Of a stretch of 64,000 nt of DNA, positions 41,620 through 51,469 are shown piece by piece. Position 1 is the first letter of the stretch. The number at the start of each line of letters is the position of its first letter. The notes under the pieces were generated by a model. The model did no database searches, had not been told where the DNA came from, and was given only the letters and a program-made list of their open reading frames with translations. This stretch comes from an uncultured Acidobacteriota bacterium (GTDB taxonomy: Bacteria; Acidobacteriota; Blastocatellia; RBC074): NCBI GenBank assembly GCA_963796275.1, contig CAWCKY010000006.1, positions 1,760,001 to 1,824,000 on the forward strand. Direction: 5' to 3'. The position numbers and the translations under genes are program-made.

Positions 41620-41851
41620 GCGTGATGGCGCTCGTTTCCTTTGCTTAGAACGTCATCAAGGTCTTTTCGCGTCCGGCTGCAAGTTTGAAGAGATGAGAAT
41701 TATGCCCGGGCATTGCCCTACGAAGCGTTGATCTTCATTCGAGCATTCAACGATCATCCATGCCGCGCACTCATTCATTCTTTCACCTCTTTGATTTTCC
41801 AGGCGTATTATTGCAGTTTGCCGAAGATCGCCTGAGCGCACGCCACGACGC

Positions 41852-43801
41852 TCAATGGTTGTACGACATGCAGCCCGGCTCGATCGTGCCCAAGAAGCCC
41901 GGCGGGTACTGCTGATTGGACCAGAATTCCTTCTTCGCCTGGCAGTTGATGAGCGCAGGCCGGCTCTCTTTGACAGCGATCTGGTAGCAGCGTTCGAGCG
42001 CGACGCGGAAATCTTCCGGTCTGGTAACGTACTCGCCGTGCGCGCCGAGGCCTTCGGCGACCTTGTCGTAACGCACGTTCTCCTGGAAAAGGTGGAGACT
42101 CAACGTCACAGGGTTGCGGCTGTTACCCGTCCACGTGCCCCAGGCGTTGTTGTTGTATACGATGACAATGATCGGCATTCGGTATTTCGAAGCGGTTTCG
42201 AGTTCCATGATCGTGTAGCCCACGCCGGCGTCGCCCGTGACGCAGATCACCGGGGAGCCTTTGTACGCAGCCTGCACGCCGACGCCGTTCTGCACCGCCA
42301 CCGCAGCGCCGATGGCGTAACCGACGTCGGGCCCGATCGCGCCGTATTGATACGCCCCATTCAGAATCTGGCCCGGGCGATAGCCGCGCAACCAGCGGCG
42401 CACGTATCTGGCGATGCCATATCCGCCGGAGACGAAGGTAGTCTGCTCTTTGGGCAGTTTGCCATGGTACATAAAATCGGTCAGCTCTTTGGCGATCACC
42501 GCCGGGTGGACAGCATCGGTATAGCTCAGGCCCTTCGCGTAGAATGATTCATTTTCGTCTTCGAACTTCTTCCGCGCCGCTGCAATCTCGGCCACCCACG
42601 CTTCGCGTTTCATCGCGGGCATGGCGTCGGCGAGCGACTCGATCGCGGCCTTTTCGCAACTGACCATGCCGACGTCTATCGGCACGTTGCGACCGATGTC
42701 TTCGGGGCATGGGTCGATGCGGATGTATTTCGCATCCGGCCCGAAGGCGAATTCGCCTACCTTCGGCATGCAATACTGGCCGACCAGCACGACGACGTCG
42801 GCGCTGGGGAGCGCGCCAGGCGCGGCGTTGGCCGAAAGCGGACCCGCGTCCGAGAATTGCCCCTTCATCGCGCCTGATTCGACGACGGGAATCTGCGCCT
42901 TCTCGGCCAGTCTCTTCAACGCGTCCCAGGCGCGGCTGTAAAAAACGCCGTTGCTCGAGACGATGATCGGGCGCTGGGCGTTTTTGAGCAGCTCGACCGC
43001 CGCCGCGACGTCCTTCGGCCCCGGATGCGGCTTGGCGGTCGTGCGGTATTTGGCCTTGTCGTAGTAGCCCTCGAGGTCGCCAGGTTTCTCGAAGCGCGCG
43101 CGCGTAACTTCCGCCGGGAAATCGAGGTGCGTGGGGCGCGGGACGCCCGATCGCAACTGCCGAAACGCGTAAGCGCCGTACTCGTGAATGCGCTTCGGAG
43201 TGATCAATCGTTTGCCGTATTTCTTCAGCCCTTCGGTGGTCGGCTGCTGATAGGCCAACTGGATGCCTGCCTCTGTATCTTCATTGGCGACCGTCATGTT
43301 GCTGGCGAGCACGAGCACCGGCGAGCGCGCCGCGTTGGCTGCGGCGATGGCGTTGATCATGTCTGTGAAGCCCGGCCCTTCCGTGCCTGACGCGGCCGCG
43401 ATTTCCCCAGTCACCCGACAGAAGCCGTCGGCGGCGTGGCACATCGCGCCTTCGTGGCGACCGGAGTAGGTCGGAATGCCTTCGAGCGCGATGGCGTTGA
43501 CGATGGAATAATTGCCGGGGCAGGAGAAGAGCGCGGCGAGTCCCTCTTCCTTGCAGAGTCGCGCGAAGACCTGCGCCCCAGTCATCGGGAAGGCGGCCTT
43601 TACCGGAGCGGTTTTGGCGGCCTGGGCGAATTCGTCTGGCACCTTGATCGGTTTGTTTTCAGCAGTGTCGGCGGCGTTCGCCCTGTTTCCGTCAAAGGCG
43701 ATAACCGTGGTCATTCCGGCCCCGGCCACCGCTTTGCTTATGAATTTTCTCCTGGAAACGTCAGTTTTTTTCACCCTATTTTTGTCGTCTATTTTTGCCA
43801 T
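41852..43801 (-). CDS. thiamine-diphosphate-dependent enzyme (ALS/HACL/benzaldehyde-lyase superfamily) with twin-arginine signal
   Basis: 'SRRKFI' + hydrophobic stretch + ANA, then 'MTGAQ', '[12 protein letters not shown]' and the ThDP motif 'GDAGVGY...VYNN'. Confidence 0.9.
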   Translation of the reverse strand: MAKIDDKNRVKKTDVSRRKFISKAVAGAGMTTVIAFDGNRANAADTAENKPIKVPDEFAQAAKTAPVKAAFPMTGAQVFARLCKEEGLAALFSCPGNYSIVNAIALEGIPTYSGRHEGAMCHAADGFCRVTGEIAAASGTEGPGFTDMINAIAAANAARSPVLVLASNMTVANEDTEAGIQLAYQQPTTEGLKKYGKRLITPKRIHEYGAYAFRQLRSGVPRPTHLDFPAEVTRARFEKPGDLEGYYDKAKYRTTAKPHPGPKDVAAAVELLKNAQRPIIVSSNGVFYSRAWDALKRLAEKAQIPVVESGAMKGQFSDAGPLSANAAPGALPSADVVVLVGQYCMPKVGEFAFGPDAKYIRIDPCPEDIGRNVPIDVGMVSCEKAAIESLADAMPAMKREAWVAEIAAARKKFEDENESFYAKGLSYTDAVHPAVIAKELTDFMYHGKLPKEQTTFVSGGYGIARYVRRWLRGYRPGQILNGAYQYGAIGPDVGYAIGAAVAVQNGVGVQAAYKGSPVICVTGDAGVGYTIMELETASKYRMPIIVIVYNNNAWGTWTGNSRNPVTLSLHLFQENVRYDKVAEGLGAHGEYVTRPEDFRVALERCYQIAVKESRPALINCQAKKEFWSNQQYPPGFLGTIEPGCMSYNH

Positions 43802-43956
43802 AGCCTCTCCTCCGATTTGCCCATTTTGCCTCTTTCGATGGATGGATGAGCGGGTTTACAAGCCGCCCTCGCGCAATCTTGTACCGCGCCCTGGCGTTGG
43901 AATACAAATTTAGTGTTTGAGCAAAAAATTAAAAAGATGGTAATGATGGTAAAGAA

Positions 43957-43980
43957 TACTTGCCTACCGGCCGGTAAGTA
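43957..43980. promoter_or_regulatory. palindromic operator, copy 1 (TetR-like)
   Basis: TACTTGCCTACCGGCCGGTAAGTA between divergent genes; its reverse complement matches 44963-44983. Confidence 0.65.
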
Positions 43981-44032
43981 TAGTGAAATTGGCGGCGTCT
44001 GGCAATATCTCTCCCAAATCTGAAGCGAACAG

Positions 44033-44893
44033 ATGCGAAAACTTTTCCCGTTCTCCCTTTTGCTGTTATTGATTCCGATGGTTCCGCCATCAACCGGCGG
44101 AATGACGCAGGAAACATCGAACGCCACAAGCTTCCATCATGTCCACCTGAATTCGACCGATCCGTCGAAGGCGATTGATTTCTACACGCGGACATTCGAC
44201 GTAACGAAGAAGATGCGGCTCGCCGGCTTTGACGGGATTCAGAGCGAGAAGATCTATCTACTCTTCAACAAGGTGGACATTCCTCCAGCGACCTCACCCG
44301 ACAGCGCCATCTGGCATTTCGGGTGGGGAAGCACAACGATGGAAGCCGATTACCAGAAGCATCTCTCGCATGGCGTGACGTTTCATACGCCGATAACCAG
44401 GCTTGGGTCGGGACTGTTGTTCGCTTATATGAAAGCGCCGGATGGAGCGTTGGCAGAGATCAACACATCGAACACCCGCGCCTTCATTCACATCCATTTG
44501 TACAGTGACGCGCCGCTCTGCGCCGCCGAATGGTATATCAAACATCTCGGCGCGAGCAGTCGCTTGCAGCGCAGCGGCCCGTGTGAAGTCCCATTCGCCG
44601 CGCCCAGCGAGCCGCTCGGAGTTATTCGGTCGCCGGCGACTACGGTTCGTTTCGGCGAGATCAGTTTGATAATCTACCCGCGCCAGCGCCCCAGCCCTCT
44701 GGTCAGCCCGCGCGGCCACGTCGTTGATCATATCGCGTTCGGCGTCACTGATTTGGTAGACGCGCTCGATCGGTTGCGGAAATCGAGAGTGAAAGTGTTG
44801 GAAGAAGCGCGCTTGTTTGGCGACGGTAAAACTCGCGCGGCGATGATCGAAGGACCGGATGCGATTGCAATCGAACTCGTTGAAATGAAGTGA
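44033..44893 (+). CDS. secreted VOC/glyoxalase-fold protein (two modules)
   Basis: Signal peptide; 'FHHVHLNS', 'WHFGW', 'HIHL', 'DHIAF' and 'GPDAIAIELVE'. Confidence 0.85.
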   Translation: MRKLFPFSLLLLLIPMVPPSTGGMTQETSNATSFHHVHLNSTDPSKAIDFYTRTFDVTKKMRLAGFDGIQSEKIYLLFNKVDIPPATSPDSAIWHFGWGSTTMEADYQKHLSHGVTFHTPITRLGSGLLFAYMKAPDGALAEINTSNTRAFIHIHLYSDAPLCAAEWYIKHLGASSRLQRSGPCEVPFAAPSEPLGVIRSPATTVRFGEISLIIYPRQRPSPLVSPRGHVVDHIAFGVTDLVDALDRLRKSRVKVLEEARLFGDGKTRAAMIEGPDAIAIELVEMK

Positions 44894-44935
44894 AAGGCGA
44901 ATGGTTATTTGTATTTACCGAGCCCGAGGTTGATC

Positions 44936-44983
44936 TTGACAAGGTTTGGGGGGGGGCTATAGACTTACCAACCGGTAGGTAGT
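44936..44983 (+). promoter_or_regulatory. sigma70 promoter with G9 spacer tract and overlapping operator copy 2
   Basis: TTGACA (44936), G9 (44948-44956), TATAGACT; operator ACTTACCAACCGGTAGGTAGT. Confidence 0.65.
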
Positions 44984-45164
44984 TGCGCCTCCGGTTCGAT
45001 TATTTCCGGTGGCAAGGCGCCTCCAATGGCGGAATCAACCCAGGTTTCGTAGTTCAACGCATTTCTTTATTTCTGAGATTACTGATTGATTCAGACGATC
45101 GGGCGGGCTGATCTCCGGTCTAGTTCTACATCGGTCCATCAACTTACGAGGGAATGATTCCACC

Positions 45165-46319
45165 ATGCTACGCAACCTTATTTTGCTCGTCATTACATTT
45201 GTTTTTGCGTTAAAAGGTTCCGTTGACACCGCTCGCGTCGGATTGTTAGCCATTGCCGTCGCGCTGTCGTTTGCGGGAACGGCGAACGCCCAGGAAAAAC
45301 GCTTCCAGTTTCCCGGCACGACCTGCACAGCCGGCGCTCCATACTTGCACTGTCCCGACCGTGAGTGCTCAGGGGCCACGGTAATCAATCAGGGAAACGT
45401 GGTCGAGATGAAGACGCGCCGCACTTACTTCCTTGATTATCCGTGCGATATGAAGAAGGGCGAGAAGGTCACTTTCATAATGAGTCTGCACGGCGGCGGC
45501 TCATACGGAAACTGGCAGCGACATTATTTCCCGCTGCTGGATTACGTGGACAAATATCGCCTGGTTGTCGCCACTCCGAACTCACCGACGCGAGCGTGGG
45601 CGCAAGCTGACGACGAGTACTTGCAGAACATTGTCAACTATGTCATCGAACAAGTTGGCAAGGAAAATATCAATGCCTTCTGGCTGGTTGGACATTCGCA
45701 GGGCGGCATGACTTCCAACCGGCTCCTGCGAACGGACTTCTTCAAGGACAGAGTGGATGGGTGGCTCAGCCTCTCCGGCGGTCGATTGGGCGGAAATCCG
45801 GGACGCAGCTCGACTTTCGCTCCCACCGGCGCCGCAGCGCCTGGCGGCGCAAGTTCAGGAGCGCCCGGCGGTAACAACCCGAGGGCGTCAGCTATGGCGG
45901 CATTGCGCGAGCTTCCCACCGCGGACTTCTCTCACATTTTCGAGACAGGCCAGCGCGAAGTGGACGAGAAGGGCGTGCCAGAGACATCCGATTGGGCCAA
46001 GAAATATTCTTGCGGCCCGCGACTCGCGCCGAGGGAGGTCGAAGACGTCAAGGCAGGCTACGTCTATGACAGCAACCGCTTGAATTTGTTGCGTCCGGGT
46101 TGGGGACTCCTGCCAGCGCCCGGCAGGGCGCAGGTCCTCGCATATCCCGACTGCAAGGACGGCCGTGTGGTCGCCGACGTCGTTCGCCTCGATAAGGGAC
46201 ACACCGAAGGGCTCGAGCCGAAAGTTACCGAAGAGCTGATCAAGTTGATGCTCTCAGGCCGGGGCGGTAAGCTTCAACAAATCACTACCACGTCCGCGTC
46301 GACTCAGGAAAAACGCTGA
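45165..46319 (+). CDS. secreted alpha/beta hydrolase (PHB-depolymerase/esterase-like)
   Basis: 'SLHGGGS', nucleophile 'GHSQGG', and 'KGHTEG'. Confidence 0.85.
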   Translation: MLRNLILLVITFVFALKGSVDTARVGLLAIAVALSFAGTANAQEKRFQFPGTTCTAGAPYLHCPDRECSGATVINQGNVVEMKTRRTYFLDYPCDMKKGEKVTFIMSLHGGGSYGNWQRHYFPLLDYVDKYRLVVATPNSPTRAWAQADDEYLQNIVNYVIEQVGKENINAFWLVGHSQGGMTSNRLLRTDFFKDRVDGWLSLSGGRLGGNPGRSSTFAPTGAAAPGGASSGAPGGNNPRASAMAALRELPTADFSHIFETGQREVDEKGVPETSDWAKKYSCGPRLAPREVEDVKAGYVYDSNRLNLLRPGWGLLPAPGRAQVLAYPDCKDGRVVADVVRLDKGHTEGLEPKVTEELIKLMLSGRGGKLQQITTTSASTQEKR

Positions 46320-46417
46320 TCGAAATCATAGGGAAAGTTTATCGCCGGCTTCGCAACGGGTCTGATCCCTAAGCCAACGACAAATGAAGTTTGTCGGATA
46401 TTTCAGAGAAAAGAAAC

Positions 46418-47689
46418 ATGCCAACAATCAAGCGTTCAATTCTGCTTCCCTTAATTCTGACCGTTTGCGTGGCTGCGCAGGTCATTGTCCAGTCCCAGGC
46501 CGAAATCATTCCGGACTTGATCTACGGCCACAAAGGCGGTCTTGCAATGACATTCGATGCGCTCAAGCCGCAGGCGAACGCCAACGGCGCCGCAAAATCC
46601 AAAAACGATTACAGCAAGGCCGATACATGGTTATGTCGCCCGGGCAGAGATGACGCTTGCTCAGCTGACTTAACGACAACCATCGTCGCCGCCAACGGTA
46701 AGTTGACAGAGGAGAAATGGAAGGCCAATCCGAACGCGCCGATTGATTGTTTTTACGTCTATCCGACGATCTCCAACGATCCGACCCCGAACAGCGATAT
46801 GAGCGCCGGGCCGGAAGAGCGCCGCGTCATTCAGCATCAGTTCGCGCGCTTCGGATCGCAATGCCGTCCGTACGCGCCGCTCTATCGCCAGGTGACGTTG
46901 ACGACGCTGCGCGCCAATCTGTCGGGGAAGCCGATGGCGGTTGATCGCGTGCTCGCTTACTCCGACGTGCTGGACGCCTGGAAATATTATCTCGAACACG
47001 ACAATCGAGGGCGCGGCGTCGTTCTCATAGGCCATTCGCAAGGCTCCAGCGTTTTGATCCAGCTCATCAAGAATGAAATTGACGGCAAGCCCGTCCAGGA
47101 TCGCATCGTTTCCGCGTTGATATTGGGATTGAATGTCGCCGTGCCGATTGGCAAAGATGTCGGCGGCGCTTTTCAAAAGATGCCGTTGTGTCGCGCGGCG
47201 AATCAGACCGGATGCGTGATCTCCTACGTCACGTTTCGCGAAAACTCGCCGCCGCCCACCAACTCATTCTTCGGCCGCCCGCCAGCCGATGGGATGGTCG
47301 CGGCATGCGCGAATCCGGCGGCGTTGGGTGGCGGCAGCGGCGAATTGCGTGCCTATCTGGCGGCGGGCAGGGGCGCGGTTACCTCATCTGCTGCGCCAAA
47401 ACCCTGGGTGACCCCCGAACGACCGATCAGGACACCGTTTGTGAGCGTGCCGGGATTGCTCTCGGCCAAATGTGTGTCCGACGATCACGGTTCATACCTT
47501 GCGCTGAAAGTTCACGGCGATCCCGCCGATCCGCGCACTGACGACATCGCCGGCGATGTCGTGACGAACGGGCAGGCGCAAGCGAATTGGGGATTGCACC
47601 TGATTGATGTGCAGGCGACGATTGGCAACCTGGTGGATATTGTCGGCCTGCAGGGAAAGACTTATCAGGCAAAAAACAAGAAGAAATAG
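46418..47689 (+). CDS. DUF3089 alpha/beta hydrolase, secreted (chimeric N-terminus)
   Basis: 'WLCRPG', 'IDCFYVYPT', 'APLYRQ', 'GHSQG', 'WGLHLID'. Confidence 0.85.
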   Translation: MPTIKRSILLPLILTVCVAAQVIVQSQAEIIPDLIYGHKGGLAMTFDALKPQANANGAAKSKNDYSKADTWLCRPGRDDACSADLTTTIVAANGKLTEEKWKANPNAPIDCFYVYPTISNDPTPNSDMSAGPEERRVIQHQFARFGSQCRPYAPLYRQVTLTTLRANLSGKPMAVDRVLAYSDVLDAWKYYLEHDNRGRGVVLIGHSQGSSVLIQLIKNEIDGKPVQDRIVSALILGLNVAVPIGKDVGGAFQKMPLCRAANQTGCVISYVTFRENSPPPTNSFFGRPPADGMVAACANPAALGGGSGELRAYLAAGRGAVTSSAAPKPWVTPERPIRTPFVSVPGLLSAKCVSDDHGSYLALKVHGDPADPRTDDIAGDVVTNGQAQANWGLHLIDVQATIGNLVDIVGLQGKTYQAKNKKK

Positions 47690-47804
47690 GAGTAATCGCC
47701 GCTAGCGGCTTCGAGCAGGCATTAAGGGTCGCGAGCGCGTTCCGGACAACAGCTCTGTACTTGAAGAGATTTACCGTGCTAAGTCGCGCGGTCTCAAAAT
47801 TCCT

Positions 47805-47843
47805 CTCCATCCAAGCTCGCCCAGATGCTCGCTATGGATGGAG
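47805..47843. repeat. 39-bp palindromic element, copy 2 (IS200/IS605 end-like)
   Basis: CTCCATCCAAGCTCGCCCAGATGCTCGCTATGGATGGAG. Confidence 0.75.
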
Positions 47844-47860
47844 TTCCTTTTGAGGTTTAG

Positions 47861-50008
47861 ATGAAGGTGGCTCTCTCAAACCGCCAAAACACGATTATAG
47901 CCTTCGCCGTTCTTGGCGTTCTTGCGTATTTCAGCGGTGTCGTGGGATTTTCCCAAGCGGCCACGCGGCTGGAGCTCAGGACACTGTCGTCGCGACCCGA
48001 CCTGGTCAGTGGTGGCGACGCGCTGGTCGAAATCAAAACTCCTGCAGGCGCGCAACTGAACCAGCTCAGACTGACGCTCAACGGCAAGGATGTCACTAAC
48101 CGGTTGAGGCTCGATGCGGCCTCGGGCGGCTTTCGCGGATTGATCGGCGGAATGGTTGTAGGAGAAAACACGCTGATTGCGAAGATCAAATCGCCAAAAC
48201 CTGCTCAGGCGAGCCTGAAAGTCACGAACTATCCGATCACGGGGCCGATTCTTTCGGGGCCGCATCTGACTCCTTACGAATGCCGCACAGTCGAATCGGG
48301 CCTGGGCGAGGCGCTCGACGCCGCCTGTTCAGCCAAACAGAAGATCGAATATTTCTATCGCGCGTCGAACGACACTTTCAAACCGCTCGCAAATCCGACC
48401 GGGGCGCGACCGTCCGATCTGATCAACACGACAACCAACGACGGAAAGACCGTACCCTACATCGTGCGCGTCGATTCGGGCACGATCAATCGCAGCATCT
48501 ACCGCATCGCGATCCTCGACGAGCCGAACACCGAGACGTCGCCCATAAACGGGGATCAGGTCGAATGGAGGCCCGGGCCGGGTTGGAATCGTAAATTGGC
48601 CGTGAGCTTCGGCGGCGGCGCGGGCACGCAATACAATCAGGGCGTCAACCAGGGGACCGCCGCGCTGAATCACCTCTACCTGTCGCGCGGCTTCGCTTTC
48701 ATGGTCTCGACCGAACTGGTCAATCAGCAGCACGGCAATGCGGTGTTGCAGGGCGAGGCGCTGATGATGCTCAAAGAGTATTTCATTGAGCGCTACGGCC
48801 TGCCGGAATGGACTGTTGGCAATGGCGGGTCGGGCGGAGCGATCCAGCAGTTGGTGATCACGCAAATCTATCCGGGCTTGCTCGACGGCTTGCAGCCGAC
48901 GCTTTCGTTTCCGGACTCATCGCTTCACACATCGGATTCAGGGCTGTTACAAAATTTCTGGCGGAAGGCCGATCCGTCTGTCTGGACCGACGCTAAGAAA
49001 ACGGCGGTCGAAGGCTTTACCAAAGGGACCACCGCCGCCTGGGAACGGTCATTCGTACCGGTGCTGACCGCAACCAACGCGCGCGGATGCGCGATGAATG
49101 ACGCCAGCAAGATTTATGATCCTGTAAAAAATCCCAAGGGCGCCCGCTGTACGATGCAGGAAATGCGCGCAAATATCTACGGACGCGATTTGATGACCGG
49201 CTTCGCGCGCAAGCCTCAGGACAATGTCGGATTGCAATACGGATTGGCGGCGTTGAATGACGGCGCGATCAGCGTGGACGAATTCCTGGAGCTGAACGAG
49301 AAAATCGGCGGCAATGATATTGACGGGAACTTCATTCCGCAGCGCGCCGTGGGAGACCCGATCGCGCTGCGGGCGATTTACGCGAGTGGTCTTATGAATT
49401 CGGGCGGCGGCGGGTTGGCCAACGTTCCGATCCTTCACGCGCGGCCTTACACCGACGCGATAGGCGACATCCATGACCGTCATCGCGACTTGACGATCCG
49501 AGCCCGCCTGGAACGGACCAACGGGCGCTCGGATAATCAGGTGATCTGGACGGGGCCGCCGCGCGGGCTGAATCAAACCGATCAGAATCGAGGCGTAAAC
49601 CTGGCAGCGCTCTCACTCGACACTATGAACGAATGGCTCGACGCCATCGCGGCCGATCCGGCGCCGCTCTCGACAGACAAGATCGTGCGCCACAAACCGG
49701 CGGAGGCCGTTGACGCCTGCTGGGATACTGAAGGCAATAAGATCGTCGAGAAGGCCCGTTTCGATGGCAAGGGAAAGTGCAACACGCTTTATCCGGCGCA
49801 CAGCGAGCCGCGGCTGGTGGCCGGAGCGCCGCTCACGAATGACATCGTCAAATGCCAGTTGAAGCCGATTAACTTCGCCGATTACAGGGTAACTTTCACC
49901 ACCGCGCAGAAGGCGCGTATGAAGGCCGCCTTCCCGGCTGGCGTCTGCGATTTCGGCAAGCCAGGCGTGGGCCAAGGGCCGCTTAAAGGGACGTATCAGC
50001 GGTATTGA
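47861..50008 (+). CDS. DUF6351 family (tannase/feruloyl-esterase-like) secreted protein
   Basis: 'LSSRPDLVSGGDALVE', 'NYPITGPILSGP', 'GGSGGAIQQ', 'DNVGLQYGL', 'KCQLKP', 'FPAGVCD'. Confidence 0.85.
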   Translation: MKVALSNRQNTIIAFAVLGVLAYFSGVVGFSQAATRLELRTLSSRPDLVSGGDALVEIKTPAGAQLNQLRLTLNGKDVTNRLRLDAASGGFRGLIGGMVVGENTLIAKIKSPKPAQASLKVTNYPITGPILSGPHLTPYECRTVESGLGEALDAACSAKQKIEYFYRASNDTFKPLANPTGARPSDLINTTTNDGKTVPYIVRVDSGTINRSIYRIAILDEPNTETSPINGDQVEWRPGPGWNRKLAVSFGGGAGTQYNQGVNQGTAALNHLYLSRGFAFMVSTELVNQQHGNAVLQGEALMMLKEYFIERYGLPEWTVGNGGSGGAIQQLVITQIYPGLLDGLQPTLSFPDSSLHTSDSGLLQNFWRKADPSVWTDAKKTAVEGFTKGTTAAWERSFVPVLTATNARGCAMNDASKIYDPVKNPKGARCTMQEMRANIYGRDLMTGFARKPQDNVGLQYGLAALNDGAISVDEFLELNEKIGGNDIDGNFIPQRAVGDPIALRAIYASGLMNSGGGGLANVPILHARPYTDAIGDIHDRHRDLTIRARLERTNGRSDNQVIWTGPPRGLNQTDQNRGVNLAALSLDTMNEWLDAIAADPAPLSTDKIVRHKPAEAVDACWDTEGNKIVEKARFDGKGKCNTLYPAHSEPRLVAGAPLTNDIVKCQLKPINFADYRVTFTTAQKARMKAAFPAGVCDFGKPGVGQGPLKGTYQRY

Positions 50009-50229
50009 ACGAACAATTACCTGTACATCTATCTCAAGGAGGGCGGTTTGGCGAATCGCCGCTCGAAGGCGCGATCAAAAGCAAGGAGGTCAAGTTCTCC
50101 GTAAAGCTGAACGCGCAAGGGCAGGAATTCTTACTCGAATACGCCGGGGCTGTCGAGGGCGATACGATGAAGGGCAAGGTAAAATTCGGGGATAGAGGCG
50201 AGGCGGACTTCTCCGGTAAGAAAGAATAA
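50005..50229 (+). pseudogene. 3' fragment of a small secreted beta-protein
   Basis: 'LEYAGAVEGDTMKGKVKFG' without a start or signal peptide. Confidence 0.4.
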
Positions 50230-50251
50230 TTATTTGCATCAGGAGACGTTT

Positions 50252-51364
50252 ATGTCATGGCATCCGCGTTTATGTCAGGTCGGCGTACTCGCCGCATTGA
50301 CGTTCGCGTCAGGTCTGGCTGGCGCCGCGGCGTCGGCCCAGATCAAGACCGACATCATCGAAAAGTATCGCGCGGAATTGCAAAAGCAAGCCGCCGATCC
50401 CGAGATGAAGCGCGAGCGCGGCACACAGCCCCAGGATTGGATTTTCGCGCTGCCCGAAGGCGTCAGGTCGCGGCAGATCACATTCTACAGCGATGGGACA
50501 CCCTGTTACGGAAGAATCTTCTTCCCGAAAACTTTCAACACGCGGGGCAGGTGGCCGGCGGTCGTGGTAGGGCATGGCATCAACGCGCAGGTTGTCGGCA
50601 TCGAGAAATACGCGGCGCGCTTCGCTGAACGTGGACTTGTGGCGATGGCGATTGACTATCGCACCTACGGCTACAGCGGCGGCGACGTCTTGCTGCTCGA
50701 ATCGGACACGACCACCGACGAACGCGCGGTGTGGGAGAAGGACGCGCGCATTCAAATCAAGCGGACGAACCTGAACAATTTTCGAGAGACCGAAGATTTT
50801 CGCGCGGCCATCTCTTACATTCAGACCGAGCCTGGCGTCGATCCTGAGCGGATCGGCGTCTGGGGGTCGTCGAACGGCGCGAGCGTGGCATTGATGGTGG
50901 CCGCTCAGGACGCCCGCGTCATAGCGGTAGTCGCGCAAGTGGGCGCGGTCGGCGGACTCAACGCGAGTGGCCCGGTCGCGATCCCGCCACGAATGGTCGA
51001 AGAAGGCATCAGGCGCGCTCGCACGGGCCAGGGCTCTGAAGTTGACGGCGGCTTCTCTTTTAAGAGCAAAATTGATATGTGGAGCGGCCAGGTCAACCGT
51101 GAGTTCCGTCCGGGAGCCGCGCTCGACCGCATCCCTGAAACAACGAAGATTCTCTGGATTCCTGTTGAGAAGGACGAGTTGTTGCCGCCGCGCGGCCCCA
51201 GCGGGCCTTACGCGGGATCGAAGGCGTTTGTGGGGACATCGCAGGTCGCGGAGATTCCGTATCTGACGCACTTTCAGATTTATTCTTTCGCCGGGTTCGA
51301 GGTGAGTTCAAATCTGGCGGCGGACTGGTTCCTGACGTATCTGGGAAGGCGCGTGACAGAGTAG
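50252..51364 (+). CDS. secreted alpha/beta hydrolase (CocE/dienelactone-hydrolase-like)
   Basis: 'IDYRTYGYSGG', 'VDPERIGVWGSSNGA', 'LTHFQIY'. Confidence 0.85.
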   Translation: MSWHPRLCQVGVLAALTFASGLAGAAASAQIKTDIIEKYRAELQKQAADPEMKRERGTQPQDWIFALPEGVRSRQITFYSDGTPCYGRIFFPKTFNTRGRWPAVVVGHGINAQVVGIEKYAARFAERGLVAMAIDYRTYGYSGGDVLLLESDTTTDERAVWEKDARIQIKRTNLNNFRETEDFRAAISYIQTEPGVDPERIGVWGSSNGASVALMVAAQDARVIAVVAQVGAVGGLNASGPVAIPPRMVEEGIRRARTGQGSEVDGGFSFKSKIDMWSGQVNREFRPGAALDRIPETTKILWIPVEKDELLPPRGPSGPYAGSKAFVGTSQVAEIPYLTHFQIYSFAGFEVSSNLAADWFLTYLGRRVTE

Positions 51365-51469
51365 TTTCCCGATCCGTCGTTCGCCTGGATTTAGAGCGAT
51401 TGGAAGATGAAGAACCGGACCGCATCCGCTATAAGCGGTTAAAGGAGTCAACGAAGAGATCGACGAAGC

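Noticed and set aside
43802-43956. TPP riboswitch upstream of the ThDP enzyme
   Set aside because: The conserved CUGAGA and AGCG-AGGGA elements are not present.
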